Source of the DNA: Anolis carolinensis
Taxonomy: Eukaryota
Assembly (NCBI RefSeq): GCF_035594765.1
Contig: NC_085846.1
Span: 106,689,190 to 106,753,189, forward strand
DNA: 64,000 bases
Direction of reading: 5' to 3'
In this document: positions 25,273 to 37,102 of the stretch, piece by piece
How the letters are laid out: each line of letters opens with the position of its first letter
Numbering within the stretch: position 1 is the first letter of the stretch
Program-made: the position numbers and the translations under genes
The notes under the pieces: generated by a model
Told to the model about the DNA's origin: nothing
What the model saw: only the letters and a program-made list of their open reading frames with translations
Databases searched by the model: none

Positions 25273-27104
25273 ACCTAAGACAACACTATCACGTGGTTTT
25301 CTGAGGCTGAGAGAATGTGATTCACCTAAGGACACAGTGAGTTTCCAGGACCAAGGGGGGAATTGACTACTCCATTGCTCAAACTACTGCACCACTGTAG
25401 AGTTAATGCAGTTTCACATCACTTTAACTACTATGGCTCAATGTTATGGAATCATGAGAGTTGTAGTTTTTTACAAGGTCTTTTGCCTCCTCTGCCAAAG
25501 AGTGTGGATGTCTCACCAAACCACAACATCTGTAATCCCATAGTATTGAGACATGGTGATGTCAAAATGCATTCCTTCTGCAGTGCAGGTGTACTCCATG
25601 CTGGCTCTCAGATAAAAAAATGTGACATATAAACTGGAATTAAATTTAATTTCATTAACTGCAGTTTTTGAGATTGTGACATTTGACTTGGGCAATCTAG
25701 CCAGACATTTCCACTGAAAATTACCAAGAAATTTGTACTTAGAAATATTCTCCAATGGGAACATGATTTAAAGTAATAAGTTATGAAACTAGGAAAGCAA
25801 GAAAAAAACTATAGGCGTTAAAGAGGTCACACTCTTTGGCTGTGACTGTTTAATATATGCTTCTAATTCTGTTTTTTTTTTTTTACTTTATTGCCTGTGT
25901 GTTGAATTGATATCTGCCATTTCTTTGCTCAGCATTTTAGGAAAAGTTGGTTTGATCTTCAACTGCCTGTTTTAAACTCATAACTACTTTGTGTTTCTGA
26001 TAAATCTGGAAGCCAAAAAATGTAAGAAAATCATTCTATCATAAACAGGAATCAGGAGAAACTATAAATGTAAATAGATACATTTGTATATGTGTCAGTT
26101 ACTTCCCCCCCCCCCCCCCACACGAACAACATTTTTATTTCCAGGATTTGCAACTCTTGTATTCCATTACATTCCAAAGAAAGCAGCCGGGGAAATCCTT
26201 GTGGGGTTGGCTGGGACTGATGGGATATGCAATTTAACCATGTCTTGGTGGCTCACTCCTGACTGCCAGTATTTCAGCTAATGTGGCTGTAAAGAACATC
26301 AGTTGGGCAAGTAAATGGAAGTTGATCTATATTTAGGAAGAACTAGAAAGTGTTTTATGGAACTTACAACACAGTTTGGACAAGTTACTTTCTGAATTGC
26401 AACTCTAGAACCCTGCAGTAAAGTGGCTATTCTGGGAATTATAGTGTAAAAAAGTTACTTCCCCAAGCTCTGGTCTCAACATTAGACTTCAGTTGATGCA
26501 GGATCTATTTAATTCACATAAATATGGAAAAATTTAATTCACATAAATATGTTTGGGCTTAACTGAAAGCTCACTATCTGTATTGTGGCAAAGAAGGCTA
26601 TATGCAGAATGCATGAGTACATTTTTGCACATAATATAAAATGAGCTTTCCTGCATGTAAATATTGCTCTTTGAATGCTGGATTGGATCTCTCCAGGTTT
26701 TAATTTTGAAACAGTGGCAACTGCCTGCCTGCATCAGTATGTATCGCACAGGTTTCCAAGTTATTAAAAGTCACATTCGCCCATTTGCAATTATTGCAAA
26801 AGGCATCTATCTAATGAGCCAAAGAGCTTTATGAGCATAATGAGTGGATTATAATGCACTATCAATTCACTTATGGAAGCCTACGTGTTCCACTTTCAGT
26901 AATGCAAGTATAATGTACATCACTGTGGGATTCTGGTGCAGTTACTTTGCTTTCAGCTTTGGAAAAGGCATCCTACTTTGGAACAGGCTTTATCCCAAGG
27001 CAACCAAAGGGCTGGTTGTTTTTGCTGCTGTTTCCCTTTTTTAAAAAAAATTCAGATTTTAGAAACAAACCAATCTTAGTTAGTTATGGAGAAAAAGGGA
27101 AAAG

Positions 27105-27296
27105 GGGTGCATCTACACAAGAATTAATGTAGTTTGACACCACTTTAACTGCCATGACTTAATGCTATGGAATTGTGAGAGCTGTAGTTTTACAAGGACT
27201 TTAACCTTCCCTTTCAATAGGTGTTAGTGTCTCACCACTCCCATGATTCCATAGCATTGAGTCAAACCACATTATATCTACTGTTTAGATGCACCC
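27105..27296. mobile_element. MITE family B (TIR GGGTGCATCTACAC, probably PIF/Harbinger)
   Basis: Terminal inverted repeats gggtgcatcta / tagatgcaccc; other copies at about 19640-19845, 23455-23610, 25385-25590, 28123-28600, 30083-30628 and 53956-54050. Confidence 0.7.
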
Positions 27297-28267
27297 TCTG
27301 TCTTACTTGTCCTGGCCCTGAATGTAGAAGGAGGCAACAACCAGGTAGACAATATAGAGAGAAATCAACTGTGACAAGACTTCAAAGTAAGCAGGATCAA
27401 GCCTCATTAATAGTTTCTTATGATCCCATTTTGGGTTTTATTCCATGCTTAAATCTATACAATCTATCCCCAAAGTATGTTAAGTATCTTAGGTCCCACC
27501 TACACTACAATATAATGCAGTTTCAGTATCCAGATTAACGGCAGTGAACTACGTTATGTGGCAGTGTGGACTCATATAATCCAGTTCAAGGCAGTTAATC
27601 TGGATTTTGAAACTGCATTATACAACAGCGTAGGTGGGGCCATATATAGTTTCTTTGAATTTTGGAATGCATCCCAAAGCAGATTTGGTACACTTCTGAC
27701 ATGGAAAACATTGGTAGTGTTTTGAGTGTTGGACTAGGACACTGGGAGATCAAGATTCAAATGCCGTCTCTGTGTCATGGAAACTCACTGCCAGTCATTC
27801 TCTCTCAGCCTCAGAGAATGGCAATGGCAACCCACCTCTGAGTGAAAAGCTTTTAATATAAGATCACTGTGAGCTGAAGCTGATTTGAAAGCTCATAACA
27901 AAACAGTTTCATTATAATGCCTCACAGAAAATGTGAGATCTGTTTCATTTATGATATGACTTTACAATGGACACTGAATCTCATGAAAGAAAAATGCATA
28001 TCTGATAGCACTTTCATTTGGGAAAAGCGTCCTTTTCTAAACTGACAATAAAACATTGGAAGCTGGAGTATTCGTATATCAGAATGCTATTTATAAGGCA
28101 GAAGTAAAATATTATTAATGGAGGGTAGATCTACACTGTAGAATAAATGCAGTTTGACACTGCTTTAATTGCCATGATTCAATGTTTTGAAATCCAGGGA
28201 GTTGTGGTTTTATAAGACTTTTCCCTGGATTCCATAGCATGAATGCAGTTTGGCACCATGAGCTATA

Positions 28268-28542
28268 GGAGCCGCGGTGGCGCAATGGGTTGAACCCTTG
28301 TGCCGGCTAGACTGCTGACCTGAAGGTTGGGTTGCTGACCTGAAGGTTGCTGGTTCAAATCTGCGAGATGGGGTGAGCTCCCGTCTGTCAGCTTTAGCTT
28401 GTGGGGATGTGAGAAAAGCCTCCCAGCAGGATAGTAACACATCTAGGTGTCCCCTGGGCAATGTCTCTGTAGATGGCCGGTTCTCTCACACCAGAAGTGA
28501 CTTGCAGTATGTTCTCAAGTTGCTTCTGACACAATAAAAAAA
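28268..28542 (+). mobile_element. tRNA-derived SINE with Vingi-like tail, inserted in a family B MITE
   Basis: A box ggtggcgcaatggg, B box ggttcaaatc, tail caagttgcttctgacacaataaaaaaa; other copies at 46609-46865 and (3' part only) 31091-31177. Confidence 0.8.
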
Positions 28543-30265
28543 CCATGACCCTTGACAAAGTGGTGTTAAACTGCATTCATTCTACAGTGCAAATGCATCC
28601 GAAGAATGGTGGTTAAACATCAACAAACAAAAGCCTGGGAGATTTTAGGTGTATCTGTCATTTTTCTAAGTTTTACACATAAACTTGTACAATTACAAAC
28701 GTACCATAGCAATTAGTATGTGTAGTTACTGGTGTTTGTTATGTTGCCAGGAATCAGCAGGTGGTGCTTTTGAGCCATGGGTGGTTTCCTGTTATTAAAG
28801 ATGGCTCCTGAATCCGACATTAAAGCACGATAAAATACATTTTATGCAATGCACTTTTAGCAGTGGCCAAAGTTCCATTGTGAAAGGCCAGTTCATACAT
28901 GCCCTCCCAAACTATTATACTGAACAGTTACTGTTCAGGTTCTGCATTCAATTGAATGAAAATGTTGATTTTGAATTAATGTTTTTTAGGAATGAGGAAA
29001 AAACACTGCATGTAGGCTGAATCTACTTCTCTCCTTCTTTGCCAGGCCCCTTTCTCTTCTGTCCATAGTTCTGGTCCCCACAATTCAAGAAGGATATTGA
29101 CAAACTAGAACATGTCCAGAAAAGGGCAACTCTAAACTGGCTCTAGCGTTCCCGTGTCAGCTTCAAACATCATGCAATGGAAACTCAGTACAGTTCAAAG
29201 AAAGGGCATCCTGAAAGTCCTCTATAAAGCTAGTATTAAATGAAAACTGATAGGCAAGGAGCTGCTTCATTGGCTGTAGGCTTATCCCTCATAAGTCAAT
29301 GCATGGATTCAGCTGCCAAGACCTTGACAGTTTGACTAGCCGGGAGCATAAAACCTAGAAAGCTAGGAAAGGATAAATTAGATGGATGAAGTGTAAATGT
29401 ATCCCAAAAGTGTTATCTGCTGCAATTAAATATTAAATAACAGGCACCAGTCCTCAGAATAGATACTTGATTTAAAAACAAAAACAGGACCCACTAGGAA
29501 AATGCAAAAAAGAAATATTGCATGGCCATAGTGTGTCCGTATTGATGAATGTTAACTGTGTTCAAGGCAGGAACTTAGATTGTATTACATAAGCCTGTGC
29601 AGTGGGTAATTTGCCCATTGCCTTATAGCTTTCTGCGACTCTTTCCACGTACATGGAAAAAAAATTGGTCAAGGTCTGATGTGGCATAAAATCCTCCATC
29701 ACATTATTATCGTCCAAATATAGATGTTGAAACATCAGCTGAGCAGAGCAGCTGAATGACGTGGGATGGAGAGGGAGAAAGGAAAGAAGGAAGGAAGTGA
29801 TGGCTGTGCTGACTTTTCAACCAAACATCTACCTATGGGCACTTTCACTCAGGTGAACCATGCTATTGCTATCGGATCAGGTGTTGAACTTTACATAATG
29901 GGTCCAGTGATGGATGGTGGATCATCTATATCAGTGGAGTCCTGAATGTCCTAAACTTTAAAGGAATGATCCAAAGTACTATTTTGTGGATATTGTTCAG
30001 TCTCTTAGAAGCTGGAAAAAAATTCCTGAACTAGATTTAGTTTTGTTGCTTCCCTGATGATAAAGTTGTAGCATAAGCTTTTGGGTGCATCCGTCCTGTA
30101 GAATTAATGCAGTTTGACACCACTGTAACTGCCACAGTTCAGTGCTGTGCAATCATGGGAGTTGTAATTTTACAAGACCTTCGCCTTCTATCCTTATAAG
30201 TGTTCGTGTTTCACCAAACTACAAATCCCAGGATTCCATAACATTGAGCCCTGGAAATTAAAGTA

Positions 30266-30588
30266 CAGGAGAGTCTCACTTATCCAACATAAACGGGCCG
30301 GCAGAATGTTGGAGAAGCAAATATGTTGGATAATAAGGAGGCATTCAGGAAAAGCCTATTAAACATCAAATTAGGTTATGATTTTACAAATTAAGCACCA
30401 AAACATCATGTTATACAACAAATTTGACAGAAAAAGTAGTTCAATATGCAGTAATGCTATGTAGTAATTACTGCATTTACGAATTTAGCACCAAAATATC
30501 ATGATGTATTGAAAACATTGACTACAAACATGTGTTGGATAATCCAGAACGTTGGGTAAGCGGGTGTTGGATAAGTGAGACTCTACTG
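30266..30588. mobile_element. Tc1/mariner MITE inserted in a family B MITE
   Basis: TIRs and TA duplication; host halves join across the insertion. Confidence 0.92.
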
Positions 30589-33584
30589 TAGTGTCAAACT
30601 ACATTAATTCTACAGTGTAGATGCAGCCTAAATGTCCTTGAGCAAGTCACAGTGTCTCAGTCTAAAAAGAAGACAGGCCTCATTTGAATACATATTGCCA
30701 AGAAAACTGTTTGCACAACATGAAAGGAGGTTGAGGAAGGCAGTGTGATCCACAGGAAACACAGTTTTAGGGTATGTCTCAGACTGGCATTCTTCTCATA
30801 TTTTATTATTTACCTCACTAGATGAGAACAAATGTTTGCATGCTTTCTGTTTTTACACACACCCTCCTTCTGGCACAATGAAGCCAAGGCTCACTTTTTA
30901 AAACCCAGTCTGGATTAAACCATGAATTTATATAATTGCACCAAAGTGGCTGATTGAGTAGATTAGATGAATAGGATTATAGATGCAACAATCCAGTTTC
31001 ACCAGGAAAATCAGTAAAAAATGTTGCAGTAATGAAAGAAGCAAGTAAGGAAAGCAGCCAGAAAACTGTAGAGTATCACACTTCTCTACTCAAACATCTT
31101 TGTAGATGGCCAGTTCTCTCACACCAGAAGTGACTTGCAGTATGTTCTCAAGTTGCTTCTGACACAATAAAAAAAACAACCTGTATGCATACAAGTAAGG
31201 CCCACAATTGTATGCAAGTGTTACCAATGTCAAATTCTGGGATGAAACACAAGCAACATGTTGACAATAACAAAGACTCCAAAGTGAATTTTGTGTACAC
31301 CACATAACCTATATTTTAAGTCTTTCAATAACATGCCAAGCAGTTCTGTATGAATGAAAAAATAATTGGAGTACTCACCAAGATTGTCCGAAAGTGGATT
31401 TTGCCGCATACATACCTATATTTTAGACAGACGTGTCATCAACATTCTAAACATAGCTTCCAAATCCAGTGAAACCCCAATTAAGAAATAATTTAGTGCA
31501 CTTCCAAGTGAATTTTGTGTATACCAGTTAACAAAGTCTCTAACAAAGAAGTTTGGGCAGCAAAATGGAAATCATGAGAAAAAAGGAACCTGGTAAAATA
31601 AAGCCACCTCTAGAAGAAGCTTTCAAGTGGGTTTTTAAAAAGATCAACATGTTTCTTTTTTACTTATGTAAGGCTTATTTGAACTGGTCATTTCATTTCA
31701 CATGAGCATATAATCAGTTCTGGACAAAAAATGCTGAAAATTCTTTAAGTGCTCTTCACTGTTGTAGTGTTGAAATTTATCACTATTATTTCCATTATTC
31801 TGGCTCTGGTACCAATTTTTTGTTAAAGCAGAAATGCCTAAAACACATCTATATGATTAACTGAGGTATATCTGTAGTTTAAGTCTTTGCAAAACATGAC
31901 GTCCAAATTAAGTGAACATTTATCCTCCTATTGTGGAATGATGCAGTTACAAAATAGAAACTTTATCGTGTGTGTTAGTGTCATGAGGTTTTATACAAAT
32001 GGAAAACACCCACTTATTCTTCAAAATTAACACACTTGCAGGAAGAACATTTCTATAAGCAAGGACTTCTTTTGTCACAGTCAGTCTAGGATTCATCCAA
32101 CACTTTATAGGAACAGCTTCCCTTCCTCTGAGTAGATTCTCAGATGCTACTAATCCAAAGGGCATAACTTTATCCATACATCAGCCTGGGAGTGGACCAA
32201 TTCCGGCAGTTCATAAGGACTGTCAGTTCCAAAGCAAGCAATGACACTTACTCATGGGTATGAATATTTAAGATAGCACTATAAATACATGGACCTCACA
32301 ACTCCACTGAGTTTGCATCAGTCCGTAATTAAGATGGGTGTGCTTCGGTGCTTTGGCTGTCACATCTGCAAATGCTTCAGCGCTTTGGAATGTCACCTTG
32401 CACACACGCCTTGCAGTTTTCCTTTCGTTTGAGAGGATGAGATAACAGCATAGACGGGAGCTATCAATGCCGATCGTTGAAGGAGGAGCAAAGAAATGAT
32501 CAAAGCCAGTTTGTTGCAGTCCCCTGAGAATTACAAGTGATGAGAAGGGCCATTACCAGATTCCTGGTAGTGATCAATTCAATGCAAACTGCATAATATA
32601 ACAGACAAGATAATTCTGCATCCCATTCTTCCTCCTCTAAGGACCTCCGTTTCTTTCTCATGCTGTCAGATGACTGTAAACTAAGTCCAAGCACAGGCAT
32701 TCTGTGTAGTCCCTGAAAAAGAGAACCAAATATTCTTGACTTGATTTTTCTTGAGTCCAAATCATGGGTCCCAATCTCTTGGTTTATTCTTCCTCTAAGT
32801 TCAGTACAGAGAAAAACAATTAAATTTTGGACTTCCTCGCCTTACTTGGTGTGATGACAAGAAGCTAAGAAAGACATTTCTGGGAACGAAGCCAATAATA
32901 GTGGAGTCCAAGGAGGGAAATCAACATTCAACCATGAAATAAACACTCTTCCCATATATCAATATTTGCCTCCGTGTCCAGCTAGCTGTGTTGCGAAAAC
33001 ACACAGTTTGTTTTCTAAGATACCAGCAAGATGGAAATGGGACTTTGCTATGTGTTGAAAGGAAACTCATTGCACATAGAAATGAGTCATCATGATAGAA
33101 CAGGATGTGCTAAAAGATGGGGAGAAAAATAGGTTTTTATTTGGACTGCAAATAGGATCAAACATAGGATTTGGCCTATGGGTCCCAGAATATGACAGGC
33201 AAGTGTGTAGTATGGTAGGTTGAAACCTAGAGTCCACAGATGCTAGATGACATATCCCACAATTCCAAAAGACAGTGGCAACTGAAGTCCAACATCTGTG
33301 GACCAGTGATTGCAAGGAAAGTTACATAAAAGGCACAGGATAAACAAAAATTAAAGACGAAATGGAGCCAAAGACTAAATCGAGGAAGGATACTCTGTGG
33401 CCATTGAGATATTGCTGGATTGCAAGTCCTGAAAGCCCCTGACAACAGAGCCAATAGTTTACTTGGTAAGTTGCAGTTCAACAACGTCTATAAAGCCACA
33501 TAATTCTCACTCTTGCTCTCACAACTATGACAGTCCAAACACTCACACCCATCTTCTTACTACAAAATCAGGATTTGTCTAGCA

Positions 33585-33830
33585 TGTTGTTGTTATTAAT
33601 GTTGTTGTTATTTGCCTTCAAGTCATTTTTTACTTCTGACATCCCCAAGGAGTATTTGTCACAGGATTTTCTTGGCAAGATTTCTTCAGAGAGGGGTTGC
33701 CTTTGGCTTTCTCTGAGGTGTCGAGAGTGTGACTTGCCAGAGGCTACCCAGAAGATTTCCGTAGCTGAGTGGAGATTCAAATCCTGGTGAGTCCTGTTCC
33801 AGCACCCAAAACACTACCCTCTGCTGACTC
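33585..33830 (-). mobile_element. Old CORE-type SINE with RTE-like (CAA)n tail
   Basis: Reversed tRNA head and CORE-like gagtgtgacttgcc...; related degraded copies at about 23620-23752, 27710-27900, 38930-39135, 39535-39700, 46895-47050 and 52222-52370. Confidence 0.65.
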
Positions 33831-33906
33831 TTGTCTAGCATTCCAGCAACAAGCTCCCCACCCCTGACCAGGAGTTGAATTAGTGATACCTAAAGATAAA
33901 CCCCTT

Positions 33907-34212
33907 GAGCCCCCAGTGCTGCTGAACCTGCTGACCAAAAGATCAGCGGTTTGAATCCAAGGGAGCAGGGAGAGCTCCCACTGTTATCCCCAGCTTCTGC
34001 CAACCTAGCAGTTTGAAAACATGCAAATGTGAGTAGATCAATAGGTACCATTCCGGCGGGAAGGTAACAGCGCTCTATGCAGTCATGCCAGCCACATGAC
34101 CTTGGAGGTGTCTACGGACACGCCGGCTCTTCAGCTTAGAAATGGAAATGAGCACCAACCCCCAGAGTCGGACACGACTAGACTTAATGTCAGGGGAAAA
34201 CCTTTACCTTTA
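33907..34212 (+). mobile_element. Sauria SINE
   Basis: Body gccaacctagcagtttgaaaacatgcaaatgtgagtagatcaataggtacc, (ACCTTT)n tail, 14-bp TSD with two mismatches (33890-33903 / 34213-34226). Confidence 0.92.
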
Positions 34213-35048
34213 CTAAATATAGACCCAGATTCTGTGGGGAAATTGGGTGCTGAGTGCTTTAAAATTCTACCAAGACAAGAACTTGCAGATGGATTTAGGG
34301 AAACCTCCTTTCATACCATAATATTCCAGCTAAGCAACTTAAAATGTGCTCTGCGTTTAGCTGCTGAGATTTGGCAACTGCTGTCAACATACCAAAAGGC
34401 ACCCAGAGCATACCGAGTGCTAGAAAATCCTCACATACGTTTAAAAATAACTTGGACTTCAATCACTAGATCAATCAGAATAATTTAAAACCAGAAGTTT
34501 TCAGCACAAAAACAGATTTTATGGAAACGAGGTTGTCACACTGAGCAACCAACTCAATATTCTTATGACAGATTGAAGATGACCTTTTACATGCTACTGT
34601 ATTATGGAAATCAGTATCTTCATTAAAACTGTAATAATAACAACCCGTTTATGAGCTGTGAACGTCACTTGGCTCACAAAGAACATCTAACTATCAGATT
34701 TGCACTACAGTCTCTTCCCAAAGTGTCTACTTTTCCCCTTCCCCAAGATCAGACTTAAATCTCATATAGACTTGTACATCAGGTTGGGGATTCAGTGATT
34801 CTGTAACATGAGTGTTTAGACTACTGCTTTGATTTGGGCTCAGGACTTTTCCAGATCTTCACAAGAGATTCATATAATATCAAGAATGGTACAAGTAACC
34901 AATCCAAGAAAAGACTTCATCAGGAAGCAATGGATGCAGCATCTGTTGCCTGGAGCAGAATAGTTTGCACATCCTTCATCCAGCAAGGAGCTGAAATCCC
35001 CTTGCAGCCAATGGCATAGCAGATCCGTGGGCACAATTTTTATTTATA

Positions 35049-35371
35049 CAGTAGAGTCTCACTTATCCAACATAAACGGGCCGGCAGAATGTTGGATAAG
35101 CGAATATGTTGGATAATAAGGAGGCATTAAGGAAAAGCCTATTAAACATCAAATTAGGTTATGATTTTACAAATTAAGCACCAAAACATCATGTTAGACA
35201 ACAAATTTGGCAGAAAAAGTAGTTCAATACGCAGTAATTCTATGTAGTAATTACTGTATTTATGAATTTAGCACCAAAATATCACAACGTATTGAAAACA
35301 TTGACTACAAAAATGTGTTGGATAATCCAGAACGTTGGATAAGCGAGTGTTGGATAAGTGAGACTCTACTG
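35049..35371. mobile_element. Tc1/mariner MITE
   Basis: Perfect TIRs and TA duplication. Confidence 0.93.
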
Positions 35372-37012
35372 TATTGATATATAAATATTACAGTTATATT
35401 TATATTAATTATAGTGGTCTAACACCATATCAGCAGGTCAGTTACATAGTTCTTCTTAAGTGCACTCCTCAAAACAAGATCAGGCAAGAACTTAAGACTT
35501 TATCACACCAGCCAGTTTCTCATCACAACCATATTCTTTTAGCCAATGGGAATATACCATTATTGGAAGAATCACTTTTTCATCTTGCTACAATTGCAGA
35601 ATGCTGGCACTTTGCAGAAGCACATTCCCATGGTCAGTCTTCCCCACAGCCTTGCTTCCTACCTGTTTGTCCTGACCAGCAAATGCATTGTTTTTTCTAT
35701 CATTTCATCCTTTGAAAAAGGAATTAAAAACTTTGTTCTTCCAGTGCACTTTTGAATAACCTACTGTAGTCCCATGATACAAATTCTACCCAAATGAATG
35801 CATCATACTTCGCACTTTATTCCACCCTCTCTCAGATCCAACTGGACGTCCTACCTCACTCCAATGTTGAGAATGTTTGCACTTTGTTCTCTTCGCCCCA
35901 AAGACACTAAATAATATCTTAATGCACTTTTGTACTAATTGTCTTCCCATATTACTCTATTCTCCAAATTGGTGGTTATCTCATTACTTCATGTTTTAAA
36001 ATTGGTTTTATTATTATTGTATTGCATATGGTTTTATGTCTGGTTGTATTGTATTTCACTTATTTGAATGCTGTTTTTATGTGTTATTTTGCTCTATTGT
36101 TCTTGGGCTTTGCCCTGTGTTAGCCGCCCCGAGTCCCTTCAGGAAGATGGTGGCAGGATAGAAAAATAAACTTATTATTATTATCATCATCATCTTTTCC
36201 CCTATATTTTGCCACAACTGTGCACCTTCTTCTACTTCATAGTATGAGGACTGAAGTAAAAAAAAAAACGTTATCACACAAGGAAGAGTGACGGAAGAAC
36301 AATGTTGGATTCATTGATGGGTTTTCATGTCAATGAAAATAGATGATTCAAGAACAATGTGACTATAGGAGAGACATGATCTCAAGTGGTAAGCTCCATC
36401 CAAAGGGGCTTTTATTCTGCCGCAATTGCGTTTTATCCATCTTGTGTGATAATGTCCTTATATAGCAAAAGTCTAAACTACAGGAATTACTACTGTGCAG
36501 CAGCAAAGCTTCTCTACACATTCTTGATTTGAGAACAGAAATCCAGTGAAAATAATTCCCCTACACACCTTTCAAAGCTAGACCATAATTCCTCTACACC
36601 TTTCAAAACTAGCTGTAGGTATATATGCTCTGTTATTCTTACATAAAGATACGTGATCTAGTGTTCTTAGCTAGTGAAATGTCAGACTGAGATGAATAGT
36701 ACAGGAAAGTCTGTTGCCTATAGATGGCAAAATATTCACCCAGTCTATGTCTGTTTTAAATGTGTCATATGATCTGTACACTCATGACAGGTTTTCCTGA
36801 TAGCCAGGGTACTGGTTATATTTGCACCACTGTCGACTCATTTTACTTTCTTTTGTTTTTGATTGGTTCCCTGTGATCTCCCAGTTATACTTTATGTATC
36901 TGTCATGATTAAGCTGAAAGCAGCAGGCAAAGTAATCTAGGAATTGGGGGATCAAAGATGAAGAATACACCAAAGCCAGACATTCTAAGCATTCTCCATG
37001 GATAGAACTAGC

Positions 37013-37102
37013 TCTTCCTTCCTTCCTTCCTTCCTTCCTTCCTTCCTTCCTTCCTTCCTTCCTTCCTTCCTTCCTTCCTTTCTTTCTTTCTTTCTTTCTT
37101 TC
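37013..37102. repeat. (CTTC)n-(TTTC)n compound microsatellite
   Basis: Directly visible. Confidence 0.97.

Noticed and set aside
28268-28380. tRNA gene (A and B boxes)
   Set aside because: It is the head of a multi-copy SINE and does not form a full cloverleaf.
28754-28768. Second CTCF-like motif TCAGCAGGTGGTGCT
   Set aside because: Weaker match with no supporting context; could be just an E-box.
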